Below are positions 15,952 through 35,999 of a stretch of 64,000 bases of DNA, piece after piece; position 1 is the stretch's first letter; each line of letters starts with the position of its first letter. The notes beneath the pieces are model-generated. The model had not been told where the DNA came from and searched no databases. It saw only the letters and a program-made list of their open reading frames with translations. The DNA is taken from assembly GCF_009914755.1 (NCBI RefSeq), contig NC_060947.1; one strand, given 5' to 3'. Position numbers and translations under genes: made by a program. The stretch is from the human T2T-CHM13v2.0 reference genome, Homo sapiens.

Positions 15952-18900
15952 TGCACCTCAGTGCACTTTCTTCCCAGTGTGCAGGCCAGTCAGAGGTTCT
16001 CTGGGGACCCCTTTATACTTGGCTGTCTCACTCCCCCTCTAAGGAAGTACATCTAACTGCCATTAGAATAAAGATAAGGGTAAGGATGAAGACCAATCTT
16101 AACTGCTTCCTGCTGACAGGGGGCGCTGTTTTGGGGAAAACTGCAGTCAGAGCTCCCTTAAAGGCCTATGTAAGGGTTCCCAGCAAAAGGGACTATTCTC
16201 TCAGGTTCCAGTTGCATGACCGTTTGTAGTTGATGGCCTAAAGCCAAGAAGAGACAAACCGGGTTATTACAAAACATGTATTAAAATGAAACAAGGGGAG
16301 GGGTAAGGACAGCTTAAAAATCCCGAGGCCTTTTACCAGTTGGCATAGGGAGAGGAAGCCTGAAAGCCTGATTGGTAAAACAAACAAACAAACCAACAAA
16401 CAAACACCTTTACCCTTTTGCTGGCATGTTGGGCTTCTGGGTTCCCTTCCCTTGAGCCCAATCTTAAGCCAACCAGTTTAAGGTTTGGGAAATTAACTCT
16501 TTCCAGTTTGGAGGATGCATCTGAGGGTAGTGTCCTATAGTAGGGAGACACAGTTACCTATCAGTGAAGAGAGGACAGAGGAGGAGAATAGAAAAAAGAA
16601 GGAGCTTTTCAAAGGAGTCCCAGGGATCAGGATGTATTTGAAATGGGTACAGACTCAAGATGAATGGCTACCCATCTAGAAAGAGGGGAGCAGGCATTCC
16701 CAGTTCCCTTCTCTTTCTAGCAGATACCCAGAATGCATTAGGGAGAGAAGGAAGAGCATCCTCTTTCCCTTTTCCGTCCTTGCATCCCCAAGTTCTGGGA
16801 ACCTTGGCAGGTGCCACCCATGGGTGCCAAAATGGCTTGCAACCATGAAGCAGGGAGGGCCTAGAGAATAGAAATTATCTGCTCTCATCTATATCTCTAT
16901 GACAACTACTGTCAGTAGCTTTGACGTTCCCTAGACCTCATTTATGCCATGGATACTAGCATTACTTTTATCCATGAAACAAGAGGCTTGGCTTGATTGG
17001 CAGGAATTAGCAATGCTCGCCTGTGCTGCACATTTTAACCTCCCTTATCATCTGTCTCTGGATCCCTTAGGTCCAGTTTTCTTCCTAAGGCTTTGACCTG
17101 AAGCTTGGAATTGAGTTTGGGAGAAAAATCTGTCTCGGGGGTTTGCGTGGACTCCTATAATAAGCCAAATGCTAAGGTGAAGCTGTAGAATTGAGTCCTC
17201 CTTCAACAAGGGAGACAAAAAGATGTCTTGTGACATGACCAGATTAACTGGTGGCTATAGTTATGCTTGGTAAATTTGGGTGCAGGGTGCTTGTATTTGG
17301 TTAGCTCCCTTGGTCTTGTTTTCCCAAAAAGGAAAACTCCAAGTGGTGGGCATCCTATTTATTCCCATTACCTGGCAGGATTTGCAGGATAATTGCTCAG
17401 AACTTCAGTACTGATCCAGATTTTTACATTACCCATCCCTCTTGTTATTTCTGAGGTGCAGCCAGAGATTGCTGATTGGTTCACAGGAACAAGTAGGGTT
17501 AGTTTAAAATGTAGGCAAAACTTAAAAACAACTAGTGAGTTTAGAATTTAATGACAAATGTATGGTAAGTTTTGAAACATAATTTCTTTATATCTAGTTC
17601 TAAATTTTGCTAAAAAACTCAAATCATGATAGGGCTAAGTGGTTTGCAAAATAGACTTTAGTCTTATATTTGGCCTGATTATTTGCATAAAGTGCAGCAA
17701 GAATAACTATTTCTACATAGGCCCTTTAGATTGGCTTTGAAGAAACTCTGTTCCACAAGGAGTCTCAGATAAGACCTTTTAAAGCCAAGCCCAACCACGT
17801 GTTTGTATCCTTAAATACCTGTGAGTTGGGTAATCCTCACCTCTTAAGTTCCCAAGATAAACTTGGAGCTGCTAGGCCTGTTAGAAAGTGACATTTGTTA
17901 CTGACCACAGGTCAGGAAGCCTGTACAGGGACTGTGTAGGTAAGGGCATGAGGCCAGTTTCTCCCACAGAGCTTTTACCCACTCTGCAAGTTGAGATTGA
18001 CTCCTTAAAGGGAAGCATATGATTCCAGTCAAAGCCTTGGTAAAATAACCAGTTTCTTCAATTGTGCCCTGTTGCAAAAGAAAAATGGATTCTTATTGCA
18101 CTGATGCAAACAACTCTATTACCATAAGTTTAGAATACTCACAGATAGTTTCCAAATTATAGAAGAATCAGAGAAAAACAAACATGCTACAAATTTTGTT
18201 CACAGGAGTATACCTTATTCAATTATTAAAGGTCATATATAATTCAAAATAGTTTCCTTGATGTTGAGAAACAAAACAAGGATCAGCAATATTCCAAGCA
18301 AAAGTTAAAAATATTTGGTTCAGTTTCCTGAGTTCAGTCCACTTAGTTAACTCTTATTTTGCTTGATATTTGTCAACATTTCAGCTCTTAATGAGTGCTC
18401 TACATTTTCCTTTATTCCAATGTCACAATGTCCAAAGATATCAGAAACTAGTATTTGAGAGCACCTGTCAATCTTATCACTTATTATAAACCATCTTTTG
18501 AAAAGGATTAAAACAAGACAATTGTCTATGTATAACAAAATGTCCAGGGTAATTACAGTTAGAAACACAATAGACAAAGTAGTTTGGTTATCTCAGTGGT
18601 TTACAATAACTTAACAACCTTAATTACGGTTGATGGCAGATACTTAGACATTAGAATTTTAGAAATCCCATACAATTTTGGAATATATATTAGTATTATT
18701 CACCAAAATATAACAGAAAGGAGATTGAACACCATTTTGGCATTCCCATATACCTAAATATGTTAAATAATCCTGTTTACCCCTCTTTTCTGAACACTCC
18801 AGTGGCCCTTCTGGAGCCTCCAAAAAGCCAGGTGTCAGGAAAGATAGTTTTGAAACTGAAGTTTGATTCTGGGAAGCCTGTTAAATAAGTTAGAGGATTA

Positions 18901-20607
18901 AAACACTCGATTTTACAAAATAAAATTTCAGATTACCATAAATTATTTATTTTGCCAAAATGATGACTCAGAAATTTTAAATAAGTAAATAACCTTTTGT
19001 TTTAATGCTCAATTTACATAAAAACCATATAATGCCATTTCGAATTTATGCAATATGTTCACACAGAATTTTGCAAGATTAATTTTTACAATCCTTCCAC
19101 CACTTGTTTGAACTTTTAGCTTTATCCTTTCTAATTCAAAATAATTCTTCAACCCTAGGCAGAAATTTACATTATAAGAAGATATGCCTTCTTATAGTCT
19201 TTAACTAAAGAACACATTTTACTGTTCTTACAAACCTTGCATATAAATCTATTTCCAGTAATCTTAATTACATGTCATAATGGCAAGTCCTAGCAATTTT
19301 TACCTTTAATCTAAAACCTGGTAAGTTGTTTTAATTGTGTGCTAGGTGCAGTCAAGGTTTGACTCCTTCCGGCATAATTAAGAGCACAGTTAGTTCCATA
19401 TGCCCCCAGGCCTTAACAATTGTGAAGCTGGCAAGTTAAATAGTTCTTAAAACCCAAAGGGAAATTTATAACCTTAAAACATTTAGGAAGCTTAGTACCT
19501 AACCTGCATAATTTAGTCCATCTATTTATATTTGGATGGCGTCTGCTTTTTATTTCTCAAAGATTAAAGTCACATGAACTGAAAGGTACTACAGCTTTTA
19601 CCTTCCCTTTAAGAAATATTTGATGCAAGTGCTTGCCTTCCTTTAGGCCTAATTAGAGCTCTTTTTATATAAATTACACACACAACACATATATAACTAC
19701 ACAGACAGGCAGGAGAAAATCCAACCCCCCACAAGATCCTTTTACACAACCAAAACTTTACAGAGAATATAAAAAGTGATCTTTATCATTCCTAGCCTAG
19801 CAAAACATCTTCCAAAAGGAAAAAAAAAAAAACTTATTTAAAAGTTAACCGCTGGACAATGTGGAGAAGAAAAAAGGATGCCTGGGGGAAGAGTCTCCTA
19901 TTCTTATGCAACTGGTTCCTCCACCCGGAAGAAAAGCTTAACTGTTGTGGGATGGAGTTAGACTCCCTGGCTGGGAGATGGGGAGACTTCATAGACATGT
20001 GGCAGGGAATGCCAGCAAGCCACCTGGGGTGCTTTGGGCCATGTGTTCCAGCCCCAGCAAGGAGGGGAGGGTGGTGAGGAGCCACTGCTTCCCAGTCTGT
20101 CCTGAAAAAGTAAGGAAAGAGCAATGGAAAGGCCCCTGACTCCTGCGAGCAACGGGGTGGGGGCAGTTTGCCTTACCCTCAGACGTCTGAGGATGAAAAG
20201 GCTTAGAAATGAGAGGGAAAGAGATTTATTGGTTTGCATCTCCCCTTCTCAAGCCCCACATTGGGCACCAAAGCTGTTGTAGAGCTTTCTCTTTAGTTCA
20301 GCTAAAAGCTGGGTTCTTGTCACATGACCATGAGAGATTAGGCTGGAAGACACTTTGAAAAGTGAGAAAAATGAAATTTATTGGGCAAAAATGGAAACAG
20401 GAACTTTCAGCAGAGTGAGAGTCCTGCTAGTATATGCTTCCCACTTTGCAGATTGAATATCCGGTTCCCCCCAGGAAGAGGAGGGGCCAGGTTCCTCCCT
20501 GCTGCAAATGGTGCAAACTTCCTGAGGCTCCAACCCAGTGTGCATTCCTCCCAGTGCACAGGGTGATCAGAGGTTCTCTGGGGACCCTTTTATACTTGCC
20601 TGTCTCA
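15952..20607 (-). mobile_element. ERV1 (MER4-group; MER61/MER83-like LTRs) non-autonomous provirus: full 5' LTR 20275-20607, PBS, internal region, PPT and a ~80 bp remnant of the 3' LTR (15952-16030)
   Basis: 15975-16030 and 20550-20607 are homologous (CAGAGGTTCTCTGGGGACCC.TTTATACTTG.CTGTCTCA). The PPT AGAGGGGGAG is at 16031-16040 (minus strand), and the PBS lies next to the 5' LTR. No intact ORFs. Confidence 0.85.
20253..20270 (-). promoter_or_regulatory. Primer-binding site, tRNA-Lys(CUU)/Lys1,2 type
   Basis: The minus strand reads TGGTGCCCAATGTGGGGC versus canonical TGGCGCCCAACGTGGGGC (two CpG-type transitions). It lies 4 nt after the LTR end ..ACAACA. Confidence 0.85.
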
Positions 20608-21939
20608 CTTTAACATAAGAAAAATATTATAATTTAAATTCTTTGCATTTCATAAGTTTTTAGATTGTTTTCCTCAGTGATTCTTATCTTCAGGTTCAAG
20701 AAATTAAATATACTTTAAAATTGTTTGAGTCTTTGTTGCAGACAAGATTGCATGGACTCCTTTCTTGCTGCTTCTCTCCCAAATGTATATTGAGAAACTT
20801 TTGCATTAACATGAGGAACAACAACAACAACAACAAACAAAATAAAACAAAAACAAGAAACAAAAAACTCTGAGAAGTGTAAAGAGGAAGGTCAACTGGT
20901 TAGGGACCCATGTACTGAAATTGCAACATAATTGGGTGTTTTATAACCTCCAACCAAAAGAAGATGACTCAAGACTAGCATTTTCTGACATCTCAATAAG
21001 CAATAGTAGGTTGCAATCTGAGGAGGCTCAACTCTCCACCCAATAAAGCAAATTACCAGCTGACAACAATAGTAATAGCAATAGGACTGGCAAAAAAAAG
21101 AAATTCATCAAAACCACCACTGATAATAAGTAGTCAGTGGAAGTGTTCTCTCCAACTGGGACTGAAACTCCCTCCCTCACTGATATGCACCAGGTAGACA
21201 GGTGGTATCAGCAAAGAGGACCTTGCCACAACAAGTGACCTGGGCTGAAAAGCCTCTTGTCACAGGCGAGAGATTCCCTTCTCACATCAAGAGAAAATTG
21301 GCAACAAGGCTGATTTGGAAAAGGGAATACTGGCCCTATAAGTGGCCTAGTGTAGGAAATCTCTTCATCCCCCCATACCAGAGACTCTTTTCCTTCACCT
21401 AGAGATACCTGACAGCCTGAACTGTGGAAACTCTTTCCACCCCCACACGTAGTAGCAAACCAGTTTATAAAAGTATGCCAGAATCTGTATGATACACCTA
21501 AACAGAATCATATATTGGTAAAATTAAAGATCTAAACATGACCATGTGTTTCCTATCATAATATCCCAAATATCTATAATAAAATTGAAAATTACCCATC
21601 ACACCAAATAGCAGAAAAATAACAACTTGTATGACAAAAAACAATCAACACACTCCAAGACTGACAGAAATTGGATGCTAGAATTAATTGGCAAGGACTT
21701 TAAATCAGCCTTTAAAAAATGTTTTTAAAAGCAATTACAAGCTATTTTGAGAGAACAAAAAATTAAAATACTTCAGAAAATAAATAGATGTTAAAAAGAA
21801 CCAAATGTAAACTATGGAACTGAAAAATACAATAAGAGAAATAAAAATAAACTTTATTGGACAGACAAAATAGAAGAGGTAGAATGATAAAAGATAGAAA
21901 CAGTGATCTTGAAGAAAGATCAACAAAGTAGATCAAATC

Positions 21940-22222
21940 TTTTTTTTTTTGAGACAGGGTATTACTCTATTGCCCAGACTGAAGTGTAATGGTGCAATCT
22001 CAGCTCACTGCAACCTCTGCCTTTCAGGTTGAAGTGATCCTCCCACCTTTGCCCCCCAAGAAGCTGGGACTACAAGCATGAGCCACCGTGTCTGGCTATT
22101 TTTTGTAGAGGCAGAATTTCACAATGTTGCCCAGGCTGGTCTTAAACTCCTGAGGTTAAGTGATCCCCCACTTCAGACTTCCAAAGTACTAGGGTTACAG
22201 GCATGAGCCATCACACCTGGCC
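21940..22222 (-). mobile_element. AluJ-like element
   Basis: Poly(T) followed by GAGACAGGGT..; GATCCTCCCACCT and TTGCCCAGGCTGGT are J-type features. Ends ..CCTGGCC. Confidence 0.93.
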
Positions 22223-22245
22223 ACATATATAAAATCTTAAAAACA

Positions 22246-22621
<376 letters not shown>

Positions 22622-23695
22622 TCAGTGGCCCAAAAAGAGAGGAAAAAAATTGGGGTTGAAAAATTACTGAAAGAAATAATGGCTGAAAACTCCACAACTT
22701 AGAGAAGACACAAACTTACAGATACAAGAAAGTGAGAGAACCCTACAGAAGCAAAAGTAAGCTGAAGGAAATCCTCACAAAAACATAACATAATTAAACT
22801 CATAAAAAGTAAAGGCAAAAAATATCTTCAAAATAATTCAAAAAAGTGACAGAACTACCAAATGGTAAATCTGTAAAAATGTAGAAAATCTGAATAAAGT
22901 GTTTTCTCTACACTAATTTTAAAAAGGTTTTCTGTCTCCAAGCTGAGTAAGTCCACATGAACATTAAGTAAGAAAAAGTATAAAAGAAAAAAATCTAAGC
23001 ATAAAAGTGCTATCCATACTTTCAAAATCCTTGGATTCTCTACCTTTAAATTTTATTCAGATTTTGTTCCAAAACAATACAAATGGTTTGAATGTTGACT
23101 CCATAAACGTTTACAACCTCTGAAAACTGTTTTAAAAGCCTGAAAGAGCAATGACTTAACCCTTACAGAATAGCCATGGATTTTGAACAAATAGTCAATG
23201 TTTACTATGTAACAGTTGCTTTCCCCATTACCCTTTTCTTGGAAGAAATAAACAGCTTCCTTCTGGTTTTACCAGAATGCATCCATTATCTCTTTCCACA
23301 ATGAAACTAACATAGTTACATAGAGATTACAGATGCACATAAGTCAACAACTCATGCATAATCTTAAAAATGCTAAATTTCAACACAACAATGAAGATAG
23401 AAAATATCATCTAAGGTTCTGTCTTATCTCTCTAGCCAAGTAGAGTTACTTTGATAAATTTTGAATTTATTTTTGGGCACGTTTTTACTTATTTTCCAGG
23501 AAAACATTCTTAACATGGACAAACTTGAGCACTGCAATATGCTTTGATGTTAATTTTTAAATCATCAGTATACTCTTCTAAAATTGAAAGTCTTACAAAT
23601 AGGCCTCTTTATCCTTCAGAGAGCCATTTCATCAATACTGAGCTTTTACAAATCAGATTAGAGGTAGAGGTAATTAGCAAAACTACCATTTTGTT

Positions 23696-25248
23696 CAGTG
23701 CCTTACAGATATGATGGGATTAGTTTCAGATCATTACAATGAAGGGAATATCAAAATAAAGTGAGTTACACAAGGTTTCCCAGTGCACATAAACATTATG
23801 TTTACATTATACCATAGTATATTAAGAGTGCAATAGAATTATGTCTAAAAGACAATGTATACACTGTAATTTAAAAATGCTTTGTTGCTAATGATTATCT
23901 AAGCCTTTAGTTGAGTCCCAATCTTTTTGCTGGTGGAGAGTCTTATACTGATGTTGATGGCTGCTGACTAATCAGCATGGTGGCTATTGAAAATTAGAGT
24001 GTCTGTGACGAGGAAATTAAAGAAAGAAAAATAAAATTAAAAAGAAAAAAGAAATAAGCTTTCCTGTATTAGGCTGACTTATCCCAGAGGCAGCAACAGG
24101 CACAGCCCAGACCCAAGAAGAGCCTAGATAAACACTATCTGAGAAGCTAAGACACAAAAGAATGTGTTCTAGAGACTCCCAGCACTCCCTCAACATAAGG
24201 AAGAAAAAAAAATTTCCTTTCTTTTATAGTATGAGTTTATAAAGATTCCTGATATCTGTAACTAGTAACTTCAAGTATTCCATTTTATCTAAGAAGTACA
24301 ATGAAAGTCATGAGCTGTCCGAGCAGGCCTGAGCTACAGCCACCTGGGCGCCATAGTGAAGGTTATGAGATAAGCCAGTGCAAGGCTTGTTTGAGCAAGC
24401 CTAGATAACAGCCGTCTAGGCTTCATAGATAACAGCCATCTAGGATGTATAGCAACAGTCATGTGTAATCCTGAGTTATGCACCTGTCACAATTTAATTA
24501 ACTGCCTTTGTTCTGCCTCTGTATCCTTGCTTTTGTGCCAGTACACTTTGAGCCACTGTAAGCTTATTTCAGGCCAGCCCACCCCCTTTTTGAAGTGTGT
24601 ATAAAGGTTAAGTGCTGTCTTTGTTCTAAGGCCCAGTCCCAAGATGTTAAACCACTAGATCTGAGTGCACTCAATACATCCTCCCACTTTACCCCGAGGT
24701 CTCTCTAGTCCTCCTGATTCCCACAACATCTGTGGCAATTTTTCAAAATAAGACACCAATAAAATTTGCCACATAAACTGACTCTTCCTTTCATGAAATG
24801 TATCTCCATAGACAGTGATGTTGTTTGATAGCATTTTACCCACAGCAGAACTTCTTTCAAAATTAGAGTCAATCCTCTCAAAATCTGCCCCTGCTTTATC
24901 AAACAAGTTTATGTAATATTCTAAATCATTTGTTGTAATCTCAGCAATGTCTGCAGAATCTTCACCAGAAGTAAATTCTAAATCAAGAAACCACTTTATG
25001 TGTTCATCCATAAGAAACAATTTCTCATTCATCAAAGTTTTATCATGAGATTGCAGTAATTCAGTCACATCTTCAGGCTCCACTTCTAATTATAGTTATC
25101 CTGCTATTGCTACTACATCTTCAGTTACTTCTCCCACTGAAGTCTTGAACTCCTCAAAATCATCTATGAGGGTTGAAATCAGCAACTTCCGAACTCCTCT
25201 TAATGTTGATATTTTGATCTCCTCCCTTGAATCAAGAATGTCCTTAAT
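23696..25248 (-). mobile_element. Tigger1 DNA transposon, 3' portion (split by an LTR)
   Basis: ORF 24655..25083(-) is a pogo/Tigger transposase C-terminus ([51 protein letters not shown]). The 3' non-coding end and TIR-like sequence are at about 23696-23760. Confidence 0.92.
24006..24728 (+). mobile_element. ERV1 solo LTR (LTR25/HERV1/HERV15-group-like) inserted into Tigger1
   Basis: TG..CA ends, TATA box TATAAAAG at about 24600 and a poly(A)-signal-like AATACA at about 24674. It has a 4-bp TSD TCTG (24002-24005 / 24729-24732), and Tigger1 rejoins across it. Confidence 0.88.
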
Positions 25249-25249
25249 G

Positions 25250-25330
25250 GGCCGGGTGTGGTGGCTCATGTCTGTAATCCTAGCAGTTTGGGAGGCCGAG
25301 GAAGGTGGATCACCTGAGGTCAGGGGTTCA
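25250..25330 (+). mobile_element. Alu 5' fragment (~80 bp of the left arm)
   Basis: GGCCGGGTGTGGTGGCTCATGTCTGTAATCCTAGCAGTTTGGGAGGCCGAGG..GATCACCTGAGGTCAGGGGTTCA, followed by an abrupt switch to L1 ORF2. Confidence 0.93.
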
Positions 25331-27278
25331 TATGTTCTTCTCGACATATGAAAAGGCTCAAGCAACCACACTATAGGAGTGGAAGACTTAAATAGCCCAC
25401 TGGCAGTGTTAGATAGATCATTGAGGAAGAAAACTTACAAAGAAATACTGGAATTGTACTCAATATGTGACCTATTGAACCTAAGAGACATTAACAAATA
25501 CTCCAACCACTAAATGCAAATTACACATTTTTCTCAACTGCACACAGAACATATTCTATAATCAGCCACATGCTTGGCCACAGAGCACATCTCAATAAAT
25601 TAAAAAAAAATGAATTCATACCAAACGCTTTCAGACTACAGTGAAAAAAAATAGAAATCAATATCAAGATCCCGCAAAACTACAAAAGTACATAGAAATT
25701 AAAAAAATTCTAAATTAAGGTAAAAATTAAAAATTATTTGAAATGAATGAAAATGGAGACACAATACACCAAAATTGTTGGAATGTAGCTAAAGCAGTGT
25801 GAAGAGGAAAGTTTACAGTGCTAAATACAAACATCAAGAAGTTAGAAAGGTCTCAAATGAACAATCTAGGATCACACCTAGAGGAACTTAAAAGGAAAAA
25901 AAAAAGAAATTTACCCCAAAGCTAACAGAAAGAAGAAATAGCTATAATCTGACAACAACGGAATGAAATCAAGGTGTAAAAAGCTATACAAAAAATCAAT
26001 AAAAACAATATTTGGTTCTTTGAAAGAGTAAGTAAGATTGATAGACTGATAGCTAGATTAACAAAAAATAAATAAATAAAAGATCCGAATAAGCACAATC
26101 AGGAATGACAAAGATGACACTCTAATCCCAAAGAAATATAAAAGATCCTTAGAGACTATTATGAACACTTAAATGCACACAAATTAAAATATCTTGAGGA
26201 AATGGATAACAATTCCTCAAAACAAAGAACCTCCCAAGAATGAACCAGGAAGAAAGTGAAAACCTGAAGAGACCAATAATGGGTTTCAAAATTGAATGAG
26301 AAAAACAATCAAACAAACAAACAAAACAATGAGAACAACAACAAAAAAACAGGTGCCAACCAAAAAAGGTCTGGAACAGATGGATTCACAGCAGAGTTCT
26401 AGCAGACATACAAAGAACTGTTATCAGTTTTACTGAAACTATTCCAAAAAATTGAGGAGGAGGAGGAACTCCTCCTTAGCTCTTTCTATGAATCCAGCAT
26501 CATCCTGATATCAAAATTTCACAGAGACACAACAAAAAATAAAAACTTTAAGCCAACATTCTCGATGAACATAGATGCAAAAATCCTCAATAAAATGCTA
26601 ACAAAATGTTAACCAAATCTTTCAGCACATCAAAAATTAATTCACTATGATCAAGTAGGCTTTAGTCCTGGGATGCAATGTTGGTTCAACATATGCAAAT
26701 CAATAAATGTGATTCACCACATAAACTGAATTAAAAACAAAAACCACATGATCATCTCAATAGACGTAGAAAAAGCATTCAATAAACTCCAACATCCCTT
26801 CATGATAAAATCCCTTAATAAATAAAGAAACATACCTGAAAATTATAAGAGCCATATAGGACAAACCCACAGCCAATATTATACTAAATGGGCAAAAGCT
26901 GAAATCATACGCCTTGAAAACTGGAACAAGACAAAACTGGAACAAGATGCTTACTCCCACCATTCCTATTCAACATAGTACTGGAAGTCCTTGACAGAGC
27001 AATCGAACAAGAGAAAGAAATAAAAGGCATCCAAATAGGAAAAGAAGTTAAACTCTCTCTCTCTTTGCTGACAATATGATTACATACCTAGAAAACCCTA
27101 AAGACTCTGCCAAAAGGCTCCTAGAGCCACAAAATGACTTCAGTAGAGTTTCAGGATACAAAATTAAAGCATAAAAATCAGTACCGTTACTATGCACTAA
27201 TAGTACTCTAGCTGAGAGCCAATTCAAGAATGTCACTTCAATACCATTTACAATAGCCGCAAAGAAAATGAAATACCT

Positions 27279-33773
<6,495 letters not shown>

Positions 33774-35550
33774 GAAATACCTAGGAATACAGCTAACCAA
33801 GGAGGTGAAAGATTACTACAAAAAGAATTACAAAACACTGCTGAAAGAAATTAGAGATGATATAAATAAACAAACACTTCATGCTCATGTTCAGAAGACT
33901 TAATATTATTAAAATGGCCATAGCACCTAAAGCAATTGACAGATTCAATGCTATCCCTATTAAACTACCAACAACATTTTTTCACAGAATTAGAAAAAAA
34001 GACTTCTAAAATTCATATGGAACCAAAAAAAGCATCTGGATAACCAAAGCAACTCAAAGCAAAAAAAAAAAAAAAAAAAAAAAAGCTGGAGCAGCACTTT
34101 TTCTGACTTCAAACTATACTAGAAGGCTACAGTAATCAAAACAGCATTGTACTGGTACAAAAAACAAAAACAAAGAAAGACACATACACCAAGGGAAGAG
34201 AAAACGGAACTGAGATGTAAAGGTGCACACCTACCACCACCTAATCTTCAACAAACTTAAGAAAAACAAGCAATAGGAAAAAGACTACCTATTCAATAAA
34301 TGGTGCTGTGAGAACTGGCTATCCATATGCAGAAGAATGAAACTGGACCATTACCTACCACCATATACAAAAATTAGCTTGAGAAGGATTAAGGACCTAA
34401 ATGTAAGACCTCAACCTATGAAAATCCTGGAAGAAAACCTAGAAAATGCCCTTCTTGATATTGGCCTTGGCAACATATTTATGGCTAAGTCCTCAAAATA
34501 AATTGCAACAAAAATAAAAATTGATTAAATAAGACTTAATTAATCTAAAGAGCTTCTGCATAGCAAAAGAAACTATCAAGGAAGTAAACAGACAACCTAT
34601 AGAAGGGGAGAAAATACAAACTATGCAGCCAACAAAGGTCTAATATGCAGAATCTATAAGGAATTTAAACAAATCAATAAGCAAAAAACCACTCCATTTA
34701 AAATTGGGCAAGGGACATGAACGGACATTTCTGAAAAAAAAGACATACAAGTGGCCAACAAACATATGAAAATATATCATCATTAATCATAAGAGAATTG
34801 CAAATCAAACCATAATGATATGCCATCTCAAACCAGTCAGAATTTATTTTGTGGAAAAATAAAAACATAATACGTTGGCAAGGCTGTGGAGAAAGGGGGA
34901 CACATACCTTTTTGGTGTGAATGTAAATTAATTTAGCCATTGAGTAGAGCACTTTGGAGATTTCTCAAACAACCAAGATTTGAACCACCATTCCACTCAG
35001 CAATTGCATTACTGGGTATATATCCAAAGGAAAATAAATCATTTTACCCAAAGGATGCATGCACCTGTATGTTCGTCACAGCTCTATCCACAATAGCAGA
35101 AATATGGAATCAACCCAGGTGCTCATCAATGGTGGATTGTATAAGGAAAACGTAATCCATATACACCATGAAATACTACACAGTCATAAAAAAGAATGAA
35201 ATCATTTCCTTTGCAGCAACATGGATGCAACTGGAGGCCATTATGCTAAGCAAACTAATGCAGAAACAGAAAACTAAGTACCACATGTTATTACTTATAA
35301 GTGAGAGCTAAACACTGGGTACACATGAACATAAAGATGGGAACAATAAACACTGAGAACTACTAGGGTGTGAGAGAAGGGGGAGGGGGAGGGCTGAACA
35401 ACTACCTTTTGGATAGTATGTTCTCTACCTTGGTGACGGGTTCAGTCGTATCCCAAACCTCAGCATCACACAATAAACCTTTGTAATAAACCTGCACATG
35501 TTCCCACTGGTTCTAAAATAAAAGTTGAAAAAAATGATAATTATCCTCCT

Positions 35551-35990
<440 letters not shown>

Positions 35991-35999
35991 GATAAAGTG

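Noticed and set aside
15361-16229. Several 80-110 aa ORFs (also 22173-22558, 35579-35983, 53449-53821, 57407-57791)
   Set aside because: Alu-derived spurious ORFs.
24655-25083. Possible domesticated TIGD-like gene
   Set aside because: Only the transposase C-terminus is present; it reads into the inserted LTR and lacks the DNA-binding and most catalytic regions.
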